IMG/VR virus record: IMGVR_UViG_3300042938_001691
Location: 1-45,962 of that record
DNA: 45,962 nucleotides
From: a virus
Taxonomy: Duplodnaviria > Caudoviricetes
Direction: 5' to 3' (one strand)
Shown: positions 28,971 through 37,416 of the stretch, in pieces
How positions within the stretch are numbered: position 1 is the first letter of the stretch
Layout of the letters: each line of letters opens with the position of its first letter
Program-made: the position numbers and the translations under genes
Notes under the pieces: model-generated
Told to the model about the DNA's origin: nothing
The model's database searches: none
Seen by the model: only the letters and a program-made list of their open reading frames with translations

Positions 28971-30428
28971 TTAAAAATATCCTGCAAGATCTTGAACGCT
29001 TCCAGTATCTCGTCGCTCGTATGTTCCTGTTAGTGCATCCACCGCATCATCATGATCGTTTTTACCTACTTTCATGTAGTTCGTTACATCACGATAAAAC
29101 TGTGGCCAAAGCTTGTCCCAACCGACAGGAAAATGCGTAATGTTTTGAACTCCTGCCGAGTGTGTAAATATCCGAACTTCTTTGTTCTCGCTTTGATGAA
29201 AAGTACGAAAGCTTGTCAAATTGTTATTCATTATTCGGCATTGGTTCTCAACACTCCTAGAAAACCCACGCCCACCGTTGTTGGCTTCGATTACGGCTTC
29301 TTTTATAGCCTGCTTTGTTAACATTTCTGCCGTCTTTGGCTCGGTTACTTCCATCGCCTGCTGTGTATAATAAACATCGGTTATGTAGTTTGCCGTTTCA
29401 GTTTCAATGTAACATATCGCGCATAAGTAATCTTTTCCTGTATCAGCCGTATCAACGTATGCCTTCTTGACCATTTTTGAAGTGTAAGGAATAGCCGAAT
29501 ATGTCTTGAATTCATTTTCGTACATAAGTCCTTGCAACGGTTTGGGATTCTGCATGTACTGGGTTTCAAAAACATATGGATTGTTGTCACGCTCTTGCTT
29601 TAACTCTTCCAACGTATGCTTGAATGGCCATAATGCCGTTTCTTCGCCTTTTTCGTCATTGTAGATACATGGCAATGATAATACGGTCCATTGTCCAGGC
29701 TCTTTTCCTATCAAGTAGCCACATAAATCATTCTCGTGCAAACGTTGCATAATAATTATGATCGGTGTATTTCTGCTGTTTACACGGTTTCGTATGGTCG
29801 TATCAAACTTACTGTTTACCTTCTCACGGATCGTGGACGACATAGCATCATCTGGCTTAATTGGATCATCAATAATAATAGCACCGCCAAAGTTTTCATC
29901 GGCTCCAATGGCAGAAGTAAATTCGTCAAGGCTGCTTTCTTCGTCCTCGTCCTCGTCAACCAAACCTGCCCCGAATCCTGTAACCTGTCCTGCGGAACTT
30001 ACAGCATACAAACCTCCACCCTCTTTTGTGTACCACTTCTTTGTTCCGTGCGATATTGGCTCGGCTTCAAAAAGTCTTTTGTATTCTGGTAGGTTCATAA
30101 TCTCTTGAACTCCCATTGAATTATCACGTGCCAAATCATCTGAATACGATAAATGTATGAACTTTGCTTTTGAATTGATTGCCAACCCTTCTGCTATAAA
30201 TGCCTTGACCGCTAATTCTGTCTTGCCGTAACGAGGTGAAATATTGATTATGGCCTTCTTTACCTTCCCAGCAAGAACATCGTCCAAAAGTTCTGATATT
30301 GCCTTATGGTGGTCACCAATTACAAACTTTCTATTGAAGCGGTGTTTAAAAAAATACCTAGTGAAGTTTAGCGTACTCGATAGACACCATGTTTTTGCAA
30401 CGTCAATATCCCGAACATCAACATTCAT
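28971..30428 (-). CDS. terL: terminase large subunit
   Basis: Walker A ISPRYGKT, Walker B IIIDDP, QYMQNP, nuclease motifs YVDTAD and HDDAVDA. Confidence 0.95.
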   Translation of the reverse strand: MNVDVRDIDVAKTWCLSSTLNFTRYFFKHRFNRKFVIGDHHKAISELLDDVLAGKVKKAIINISPRYGKTELAVKAFIAEGLAINSKAKFIHLSYSDDLARDNSMGVQEIMNLPEYKRLFEAEPISHGTKKWYTKEGGGLYAVSSAGQVTGFGAGLVDEDEDEESSLDEFTSAIGADENFGGAIIIDDPIKPDDAMSSTIREKVNSKFDTTIRNRVNSRNTPIIIIMQRLHENDLCGYLIGKEPGQWTVLSLPCIYNDEKGEETALWPFKHTLEELKQERDNNPYVFETQYMQNPKPLQGLMYENEFKTYSAIPYTSKMVKKAYVDTADTGKDYLCAICYIETETANYITDVYYTQQAMEVTEPKTAEMLTKQAIKEAVIEANNGGRGFSRSVENQCRIMNNNLTSFRTFHQSENKEVRIFTHSAGVQNITHFPVGWDKLWPQFYRDVTNYMKVGKNDHDDAVDALTGTYERRDTGSVQDLAGYF

Positions 30429-30909
30429 CTTCCAATTGGCTCAAAAACTCCTGAGCTTCTTTTGCTGTTAATATCCTTGCCGGCATAAGATCTTTTCCGT
30501 CCTTGCCTGTAACCTCAGCCGATTGCCTATTTTTCCAATTCTGTGAATCCTTATTCGTTTGGAAATGAATAATTGCACCAAGATTTGGCGAGATCTGTTT
30601 TTTCGTAACAGTCTGTTCTTTTATCTTCGGCCTTCCTGCTCCATCGTCAATTGTAACAGTTTTCTTTTCCTCGAACTCGTAGCCTTTTATCAACTTTGTC
30701 AAGGATCTATCGCACTCCATAAGATTCTTTTCAATGAACTCGTCTTTCGCCTTTTGTATAGCGACTGCAAATTCTGCAACTTCTGCTTGCCAATTATAGT
30801 AGCAACGTTCTGATATTCCGACGTTTACGCATATTTCAGCTATCGTATAACTGTCCGACTTAATGAGGTTACAAATATTACTTACTGTCTTTTTGTTATA
30901 CTTCGGCAT
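30418..30909 (-). CDS. terS: terminase small subunit
   Basis: N-terminal HTH (TIAEICVNVGISERCYYNW), C-terminal EVTGKDG, overlaps terL start. Confidence 0.85.
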   Translation of the reverse strand: MPKYNKKTVSNICNLIKSDSYTIAEICVNVGISERCYYNWQAEVAEFAVAIQKAKDEFIEKNLMECDRSLTKLIKGYEFEEKKTVTIDDGAGRPKIKEQTVTKKQISPNLGAIIHFQTNKDSQNWKNRQSAEVTGKDGKDLMPARILTAKEAQEFLSQLEDEC

Positions 30910-31789
30910 CTTGTTTGGTTTTTCTTAATACTTTCTTGTATTTTTCATCAACAATTTGTGGCACTGTATTTTTCCAAGTAACCGAATGATGCAGCCTTCT
31001 GTGTGTAGATCCCATCATTTTAATCTTTACACTTGACGGGTGAAACATAACCGAATAGAACGATTTTACGTAAGTTCCGTTGTCCAGGTAAATATCAGTC
31101 ATACCGCCCTTGTTACTTTGTGTTTGCTTCTGAACTATTGAAACATTTGGAATAGTCAAGAAAAGATCTCCTGTACTTGCTTTTCGTGTGTATGTGTTCA
31201 CGTCCTCGTTTATTCTGCCTACGAATTGAAAAGGTCTTTCAGTACTACAAATAAAAGTATTCATGCACTTTCGTTTCAGTTTTAATCCTTTTGCGAAAGA
31301 TCCCTGCGAACCACCAATAAAGTCACCACCTTGTGAAAGTGCTATGCTTTTTGCTGGAATGCTTATGTAGTAATCGAGCATGATGTCAAAAATGGCATCA
31401 AGGTTTTTTATCTGTTTGTATTTGTAGTCAAGATTGTTGTCGAAGCGATATTGAAATTCGGTGTAATCATCATCTAGTTGAATGAAGTATTTTATGCCGA
31501 GATCCTTTGCTATTTGAAAGCAGGCATTTCTTGCGTAAATGATTGCCCTTCTGTCGTTGAAGTTGTCAGCATTGTCGAAGGTTTTTGCAATTGCAGCTTT
31601 GTCGAACATAACTACTTGATCCCCGAAGTTTTTATAGTACTCGTCTGCTGTTTTGTCCTCGTTGTCTATTACAAAAATAATCCGTCCTGTATATCCAGAT
31701 CTTTTCAACCTGTCGTATGTTACAACAGTGTTTGGCCTTCCATGCGTAAGGATAAATGCCACGAAATCATTATTCTTCATCATCTTCAT
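30896..31789 (-). CDS. GT-A fold glycosyltransferase (GREB1/TAGT-like phage family)
   Basis: FILTHGRP, ARNACF, FIQLDDDY (DxD), GRINEDV motifs. Confidence 0.8.
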   Translation of the reverse strand: MKMMKNNDFVAFILTHGRPNTVVTYDRLKRSGYTGRIIFVIDNEDKTADEYYKNFGDQVVMFDKAAIAKTFDNADNFNDRRAIIYARNACFQIAKDLGIKYFIQLDDDYTEFQYRFDNNLDYKYKQIKNLDAIFDIMLDYYISIPAKSIALSQGGDFIGGSQGSFAKGLKLKRKCMNTFICSTERPFQFVGRINEDVNTYTRKASTGDLFLTIPNVSIVQKQTQSNKGGMTDIYLDNGTYVKSFYSVMFHPSSVKIKMMGSTHRRLHHSVTWKNTVPQIVDEKYKKVLRKTKQDAEV

Positions 31790-32576
31790 CTTCGTTTTTA
31801 TATTGTTCGCCCATTTCCTGTGAAAGTTTTACGTAGCCCTGTGCAATAGCTTTATCAAAATCGATAATTACTAGCGCTGAATCTTCCATTAACTCTTGAA
31901 CAATTGCGTCTGAATGAGCGTAGAAATCAGCTATTTTTTCGTAATTGAAAACAAGGTGTCTGTTGGCGGCATACAGTAAAAAGTCTTTGTCTTTCTTGCT
32001 TATATCTGCGGCCATTATTTTTTTGATCAACTCCGAAGATTTTTCTTGATCCAACAATTCAACAGTTTCGGGCTTTTCGCCTTTTACTTCGTATGTCGGT
32101 GCTTTTATTTTTGAAGTGTAAGGATCTCCGTCTTGACCTGCTCCTGTTCCATCATCTTCGTCCTCACTTTCAAATTCAGCAACACCCCAATCTTCGGGTT
32201 TTATATTCCATTGGTCAGATAGTTCCTGTACGGCTTCAACATCCCATTCAAGATTGACATGAGCAATTGCATTGTCTGCCAAAGCGAGTTCCCTTCCTAT
32301 TTTAGAATCAAGATCTACATCGGTACGCTTTACGACTACTAACTGATCTCCGGTAGTTTCTACTACAATACAATCTTCAAGCCCTAGACTTGCTGCTGTT
32401 TCAGCTACACCGTTACCACCGATGATACGATTGTTTTTATCCACTAAAATAGAACGCCCAAGCCCTAGAGTGGAAATGGACTTTTCAAGCAAGTGCATAC
32501 CGTACTGACTATGTTTGTTCATGTTTTTATCATCGGGAATCAGTGACGATATTTTCTTTTCTTGTGATTTGCTCAT
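31770..32576 (-). CDS. ParB N-terminal-like domain protein with acidic linker and C-terminal domain of unknown function
   Basis: LIPDDKNMNKH...SISTLGLGRSILVDKNNRIIGGNG...LALADN. Confidence 0.75.
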   Translation of the reverse strand: MSKSQEKKISSLIPDDKNMNKHSQYGMHLLEKSISTLGLGRSILVDKNNRIIGGNGVAETAASLGLEDCIVVETTGDQLVVVKRTDVDLDSKIGRELALADNAIAHVNLEWDVEAVQELSDQWNIKPEDWGVAEFESEDEDDGTGAGQDGDPYTSKIKAPTYEVKGEKPETVELLDQEKSSELIKKIMAADISKKDKDFLLYAANRHLVFNYEKIADFYAHSDAIVQELMEDSALVIIDFDKAIAQGYVKLSQEMGEQYKNEDEDDEE

Positions 32577-32578
32577 TT

Positions 32579-32836
32579 TTATTTGCGGTTTTTAGGTTTA
32601 ATAAATATTGTTTTTTTAGCGTCAATCCATACTGGTGGTTGTGTAGTTCCAGAATGAATAGAAAGCCAAACGTTGCCGAAGAACAGTATCGAGATCCTTT
32701 CTTTCAGAGAAGGTTTCCAAAGTGAAATGCACTCTCGTCCATTTGTGAAAACAGACAGGCTTTCACACTCTGAATCTGTAAGCGCATCTGGTTTGGCGAG
32801 AACGCTATTTGATTCTTTGAAGTGTTTAGGTATCAT
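32579..32836 (-). CDS. hypothetical protein
   Basis: 85 aa, CISLWKPS...GTTQPPV; ATCGCAAC 3 nt before ATG. Confidence 0.75.
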   Translation of the reverse strand: MIPKHFKESNSVLAKPDALTDSECESLSVFTNGRECISLWKPSLKERISILFFGNVWLSIHSGTTQPPVWIDAKKTIFIKPKNRK

Positions 32837-32855
32837 AATGTTGCGATTATTTGGT

Positions 32856-32863
32856 CAAATATA
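32856..32863 (-). promoter_or_regulatory. -7 promoter element for the modification/packaging operon
   Basis: TATATTTG on minus strand, immediately after the terminator T-run. Confidence 0.65.
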
Positions 32864-32896
32864 AAAAAAAGCCTGTATCAGAGTGATACAGGCTTT
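32863..32896 (-). terminator. intrinsic terminator whose stem-loop contains the 15-bp palindrome
   Basis: aaagcctgtatca-gag-tgatacaggcttt, T8 on minus strand; GTATCAGAGTGATAC 32875-32889. Confidence 0.8.
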
Positions 32897-32924
32897 GAAA
32901 AGTTATAAATTACTTGTTATGAAT

Positions 32925-34226
32925 TCAAATTGCTATCCTTTTTTTATTTTTCCTTTTAGAGACAGCCCCAATTTTATGTAGATTTTCGTTTACAAGGTTT
33001 ACGATTTCTTTGTGATATTTCGTTGCTTTGTTTCCTTGCCCACGTGCCTGGATTATTTTTAAATCTGTTAGCGAAACTTCAACTGTTTCAATAGGCTTGT
33101 TCTTTATCCTTGCTGAAAGGACAAGAGAATCATGCTTTTTGTAATACTCATTCGTGAATAAACAATGGTTCAAAGTATCACCCTCGTCCATAAACTCTCG
33201 TACACTTTCGATAACCTTTACCGTTATATTTTTGCTCAAAAACTGTAATCCAAAGAACTTCTGTTTTTGTTCAATATACTGAACTTGTGCCGTTTCGATT
33301 TCAGATCTTATTTGCTCCAATTTTTCACGCTTCTGAATGGCTCTTTTTTTAGCTACCAATCTGTCGTGTTCCAATTTTAAATCGGCAGGACAAACATATT
33401 TTGAATTCCTAAGATCTTTTTTGAAATAAATAAGCAACTGTACGTAATCCATCCAGGTTGAAATGTCCTTGATTATGTAGTTATTTCGTATGCAAATTTT
33501 AATAGGTGGCATCCAAGTAGCTGAAATTTTTCCTTTTGCTTCCGAGTAGTATTTCAATAAACTGATCTGATTCGTTTTTATGAAGGTTTCTGCATCGGAA
33601 TCCGCTATCAGTATAGAGAATAACCTGAAGATTGGTATATCGTAGAATTTGCCCTTGAAACCGTTTCTTTTCAGTACAGGCAATACTTTTCTTTCTGGGT
33701 AAATAGTAGATCCACCTAAATTATCGCGCAAATTACTGCTGTTTGATTGGCTTCTTATTTCTAATTCACTTGAATAGTTCCAATTATCGTAATACATTGA
33801 CATTCCGAAACAAGACTTAGAAAGCGTTGTTTTCTTGCCATCTAGTCCAATCCAATGCTGAATAACCTCAACAAAACTATGTCTTGCCTGGGTTTTCTTT
33901 TTCATGTCCTTGTGGACCATTATCACTCTTTGAATCTGAAAATTTTCTTTTGTAGTTAGAATAGAAAAATATTCGGTTTTTCTACAATTCCCATTATGGT
34001 TGAACATTCTCAACTTTTTTTCACATTTTGGACAAGTGCTTGCGGCTTTATTAGATTCATCTTTCCAAGTATGGCCACATTCAAGGCAATATAAATTATC
34101 TCTTAAACTTGTGGCATAATTGTAAAAACACTTTTTGAAAGCCCAATCTGACTGCTTCTCGGTTATCGTAGGCAGTTGAGCACTTAATTCAACCAGCTTT
34201 TTTTGAAGTACTGTTGTAGGCTTCAT
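32925..34226 (-). CDS. PcfJ-like protein
   Basis: N-terminal CxxC pair; WMDYVQLL, EGDTLNHCL, IIQARGQGN; follows a PcfK-like gene. Confidence 0.9.
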   Translation of the reverse strand: MKPTTVLQKKLVELSAQLPTITEKQSDWAFKKCFYNYATSLRDNLYCLECGHTWKDESNKAASTCPKCEKKLRMFNHNGNCRKTEYFSILTTKENFQIQRVIMVHKDMKKKTQARHSFVEVIQHWIGLDGKKTTLSKSCFGMSMYYDNWNYSSELEIRSQSNSSNLRDNLGGSTIYPERKVLPVLKRNGFKGKFYDIPIFRLFSILIADSDAETFIKTNQISLLKYYSEAKGKISATWMPPIKICIRNNYIIKDISTWMDYVQLLIYFKKDLRNSKYVCPADLKLEHDRLVAKKRAIQKREKLEQIRSEIETAQVQYIEQKQKFFGLQFLSKNITVKVIESVREFMDEGDTLNHCLFTNEYYKKHDSLVLSARIKNKPIETVEVSLTDLKIIQARGQGNKATKYHKEIVNLVNENLHKIGAVSKRKNKKRIAI

Positions 34227-34229
34227 TGA

Positions 34230-34640
34230 TTAAAATAATGAAGCTTGAAAGTCTGCTTTCTGGTCGTCTTTCTTGATCGGGGTGGCTTTCTTTTTCATTC
34301 GCTCCTTTTCCTCGGCAATTACTTTTTTTATTGCTTCCTGTTTAGCTTCTTGAATGTCCTCTGCTGTTAGTTCAACCTTGTGATTAGTAACTATTTTGCA
34401 ATTTACAGGTGTTCCTGCTTCAAGACTATCTTCGTCATAATAGTGAATTGCCATTCCAAAGATCTCTTCGTCCTCGAATCCATTTGATCCACTTTTCTGA
34501 ACTGTATTCAAAATGTAAGTGATACAGTCATCTATGTTTTTGTTTTCCTTTTTTAGCGTTTCAGCGAAGATAGGATCGTTTTTTGCCAAGACTTCTAGGT
34601 GCTGGCTGATTACTTTCTTAAAATTTTCTGTTGATTTCAT
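34230..34640 (-). CDS. PcfK-like / AcrIIA9-family protein
   Basis: KENKNIDDCITYILN.VQKSG..GF.DEEIFGMAIHYYDED...NHKVELT...QASLF. Confidence 0.88.
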   Translation of the reverse strand: MKSTENFKKVISQHLEVLAKNDPIFAETLKKENKNIDDCITYILNTVQKSGSNGFEDEEIFGMAIHYYDEDSLEAGTPVNCKIVTNHKVELTAEDIQEAKQEAIKKVIAEEKERMKKKATPIKKDDQKADFQASLF

Positions 34641-34659
34641 TTGTTGCGGTTTATTGAGA

Positions 34660-34833
34660 TTAATAATTTAAGTCTGGAAAGTCACAAGGATCGCTTTCAA
34701 TCCCACAGTATGGGCAGGTAACTACTTCATCTGTTATTTCGTGAAGTAATACGTCACCACAATTTCCGCACGTTACAATGTTTATTCCTGACTTTGCTAC
34801 AATTTCCAATTGAAATTCGAGTTGAGTTTTCAT
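34660..34833 (-). CDS. 57-aa zinc-ribbon protein (not in ORF track)
   Basis: ...VTCGNCGDV...VTCPYCGIESDPCDFPDL. Confidence 0.75.
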   Translation of the reverse strand: MKTQLEFQLEIVAKSGINIVTCGNCGDVLLHEITDEVVTCPYCGIESDPCDFPDLNY

Positions 34834-34836
34834 AGC

Positions 34837-35001
34837 TTAGTCTTTTTCAATGGTTTCACACTTAATAAAGCACCTTCTTTTTGAAGGTGCTTTTGCTTTT
34901 CCGCTTGGTGTTTTGTCGTAAACTTCTTTTGCGACTTTTTTATCTATATCTGAAATAAGTAGAGTGTCACCAACCCACACTTGGTATGTTACATTTTCCA
35001 T
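34837..35001 (-). CDS. 54-aa hypothetical protein (not in ORF track)
   Basis: MENVTYQVWVGDTLL...IEKD*; 3-nt gaps to both neighbours. Confidence 0.65.
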   Translation of the reverse strand: MENVTYQVWVGDTLLISDIDKKVAKEVYDKTPSGKAKAPSKRRCFIKCETIEKD

Positions 35002-35004
35002 AGC

Positions 35005-35550
35005 TTATTTATTTTCGATTAACCATTCGATTAATAGATTTTCGTCAATTGAATCAATAGCATTATTGAAACTTTCTAAGTTTCCAGAACCATCAAAAGT
35101 GATGTAATCATGTGACCAGTTTACTGATCCAAATACGGCTGCTCTTGCTGCTTCCATTGGTGAATTTAAAAAGAACGTATTGAAAAATTCATTATCGAAT
35201 TCATAGATTTCGTCATCATAATTATTTGCAGAACAGTACTCATTCCAAAGTTTTATTTTATCATCATCATCCAAATCTTCGTAGCCAATTTCGATATACT
35301 TGAAAATCTTTTCAAGATCTTGATCGCTTAGAGATTCACTGTATAAGAAATCTGAGAAGCCTTCAAAATCGGTGTACATTGGTTCGTAGTCTGTTACACC
35401 TACTCTTTCTGTAAAGTGAGTGTTTACATATTCGTTAAAATCATCAACGTCTAAAAAGTCGTTTAATTCAACCCAATGGCCGTATTCAAATTGTTTTCCT
35501 TCGTTGTAGCTTGCGTAATCTGTTAAAAATAATTTTGCTTTTGTTGACAT
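35005..35550 (-). CDS. ardA: ArdA-like antirestriction (DNA mimic) protein
   Basis: very acidic; LTDYASYNEG...GHWVEL...EPMYTDFEGF. Confidence 0.8.
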   Translation of the reverse strand: MSTKAKLFLTDYASYNEGKQFEYGHWVELNDFLDVDDFNEYVNTHFTERVGVTDYEPMYTDFEGFSDFLYSESLSDQDLEKIFKYIEIGYEDLDDDDKIKLWNEYCSANNYDDEIYEFDNEFFNTFFLNSPMEAARAAVFGSVNWSHDYITFDGSGNLESFNNAIDSIDENLLIEWLIENK

Positions 35551-35579
35551 AATGTTGCGGTTTTATGTGGTTATTTGTT

Positions 35580-35606
35580 AAAAAAAAGTGCGTTGTTCTG
35601 TCGCAC
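35580..35606 (-). terminator. putative short intrinsic terminator
   Basis: GTGCG-N9-CGCAC followed by T8 on minus strand. Confidence 0.5.
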
Positions 35607-35621
35607 CCCAGATTGATTATT

Positions 35622-35834
35622 TTAGTTTTTAATTTTAATGCCTTTGTTGTGGCATAATGTTATCAAATAATTTTCTGAAACAGTATTGAAAGGAATTAAT
35701 TCAGAATAAAATTTTATTGTATTTGAAAGCATATTAAAATTCACTTTTTCAAATGAAGTTAAATTGATCTTTACTAATTCAATGAATAAATTTTGTGCTT
35801 CAGTTGATAAATTTTGTGTTTTTACAGTTGTCAT
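35622..35834 (-). CDS. hypothetical protein
   Basis: 70-aa ORF in early operon. Confidence 0.6.
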   Translation of the reverse strand: MTTVKTQNLSTEAQNLFIELVKINLTSFEKVNFNMLSNTIKFYSELIPFNTVSENYLITLCHNKGIKIKN

Positions 35835-35857
35835 AATTTCTAATTTTTAGTGGTGGT

Positions 35858-36022
35858 TTATATTGATTGAATTGTTACTTGTTTCCAGATCTCGATAAGA
35901 GATAAATCGGGGAAAATGTCTTTCTTAATCTGTAGGATCCACTCGTAAAAGTTGTAGCCCATTATTCCGTTGTTCTTTTTTAACTCGATACTTGAATTGA
36001 TTAATTCGATATTTGCTTTCAT
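35858..36022 (-). CDS. hypothetical protein, 54 aa (start revised to 36022)
   Basis: the track start lies within the promoter; MKANIELI... is preceded by ACCGCAAG. Confidence 0.65.
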   Translation of the reverse strand: MKANIELINSSIELKKNNGIMGYNFYEWILQIKKDIFPDLSLIEIWKQVTIQSI

Positions 36023-36044
36023 TTTCTTGCGGTTTTTGTTAAAT

Positions 36045-36071
36045 GTATCACTGTAATACATGGCAAATATA
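36045..36071 (-). promoter_or_regulatory. anti-defence operon promoter with palindrome over the start site
   Basis: TATATTTG (36064-36071, minus); GTATCACTGTAATAC 36045-36059. Confidence 0.75.
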
Positions 36072-36109
36072 CACATATATTGAATACAAATACATTTTTG
36101 TCAGAAAAT

Positions 36110-36478
36110 TTACATATTTTTTATTTCTACAATTTCAAACTCGATCCTTGGATTCAATTTATCGACGAACTTCTCGGCTACTATCTTGACACAATTCCTA
36201 TCGTTTTCTATGGCCTTGCTAGATTGAAGACAGTCAAGTATAGACTTAAAAGCATTGTCCAGGTCAGGACGTTGTGACGAATTGAAAACGTGTAAATTAA
36301 GTTCAAAGAATCCTTTTATGTTCTTATTACGATATACGTTGCATTGAAGGTAAAAACTTTTTTCGTATGCTCGAAGGGCAGGAGTTTTTGCCATACTACC
36401 ATGGCCATTCAAAGTGATAATACGGTAGCAATTAGATTTACTTGGTACCTGCCCAAAGATTGTTTGTTTGTTTATCAT
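36110..36478 (-). CDS. rusA: RusA-like Holliday junction resolvase
   Basis: VPSKSN; RPDLDNAFKSILDCLQ...IENDR; NPRIEF. Confidence 0.88.
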   Translation of the reverse strand: MINKQTIFGQVPSKSNCYRIITLNGHGSMAKTPALRAYEKSFYLQCNVYRNKNIKGFFELNLHVFNSSQRPDLDNAFKSILDCLQSSKAIENDRNCVKIVAEKFVDKLNPRIEFEIVEIKNM

Positions 36479-36481
36479 AAT

Positions 36482-36778
36482 TTAAAATGGAAGGTCGTCT
36501 GCTTCTGGAATATCAGAATTGTTTTCTTCAAGTGGTTTTGGTGCCTGCTGCTCACTTATTTTAAGATTTCCAAAATATACCTTCTCGTCTTTTGTTGCAT
36601 CCTTAAATGATGTTTGCATACTTGCATCATTGCCAAACTTGTCCTTTTCGTCGTTTATCCAAACATTTAGGTTCAAATAGATCTTACCATTTTCGGCTCT
36701 TGAAAATGCTTTATTTCCTGATTTTGCTAATTCTAGCAGTTTTGTGAAGTCTAAACTTCCGTAAAGTAATTTGCTCAT
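36482..36778 (-). CDS. putative single-stranded DNA-binding protein
   Basis: NGKIYLNLNVW...DKFGND...YFGN, acidic tail DDLPF. Confidence 0.7.
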   Translation of the reverse strand: MSKLLYGSLDFTKLLELAKSGNKAFSRAENGKIYLNLNVWINDEKDKFGNDASMQTSFKDATKDEKVYFGNLKISEQQAPKPLEENNSDIPEADDLPF

Positions 36779-36798
36779 TTTTCTTTTTTTATTTATTA

Positions 36799-37416
36799 CT
36801 ATTTATTTAAAAATTTATTGATTTGATCCATGATTTCACGAAATTCAGCATTGTACTTAATATCGTTTTTGTATGTTTTAATTCCGTGCATTACGGTAGT
36901 ATGATCACGATTTACTAGATCTCCAATTTTATGTAGATTCATATTTTCGTAAAATCTGCAATGATTAATAAAGATCATCCTGGCATAGAAAAATTCTTTT
37001 TTTCTTGACATTTTCGTAAAGTCTTCAAATTTCAATCCCATAACATCAAATATTGCATTCTTTAATTTTTCAATTTGACCGACACTTTTATAAGCACTTG
37101 ATTCGAACATGATCTGCATACCGTACTCTTCGGCAATTTTCATTTCTATTCTTGACTGCTTAGAATCTGACCAATTTTCGAGTATAAAAATTGTATTTGA
37201 ACTTAATAAAAGCTGAATATCTTTGAGAAGGTGTTCTTGTTTAGAATGACTTTCGTCAAGGCCATTATTTAAAGGATTAACTGGAACCATTCCAATACTT
37301 TTCAAAAATGATTCAGCAATTTGAAATTTCTTTTCAACGTGTTCAAAGGCAATTCCTGTATTCTTGCCCGATATGTATGCTTTTGTAATTTCCTGGTTAA
37401 GATTTTCTTCGGTCAT
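36799..37416 (-). CDS. DUF4406 domain fused to a DnaA C-terminal-like HTH
   Basis: AYISGKNTG...PVNP...LENWSDSKQSRIE; SRKKEFFYARMIF...IGDLVNRDHTTVMHG. Confidence 0.75.
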   Translation of the reverse strand: MTEENLNQEITKAYISGKNTGIAFEHVEKKFQIAESFLKSIGMVPVNPLNNGLDESHSKQEHLLKDIQLLLSSNTIFILENWSDSKQSRIEMKIAEEYGMQIMFESSAYKSVGQIEKLKNAIFDVMGLKFEDFTKMSRKKEFFYARMIFINHCRFYENMNLHKIGDLVNRDHTTVMHGIKTYKNDIKYNAEFREIMDQINKFLNK

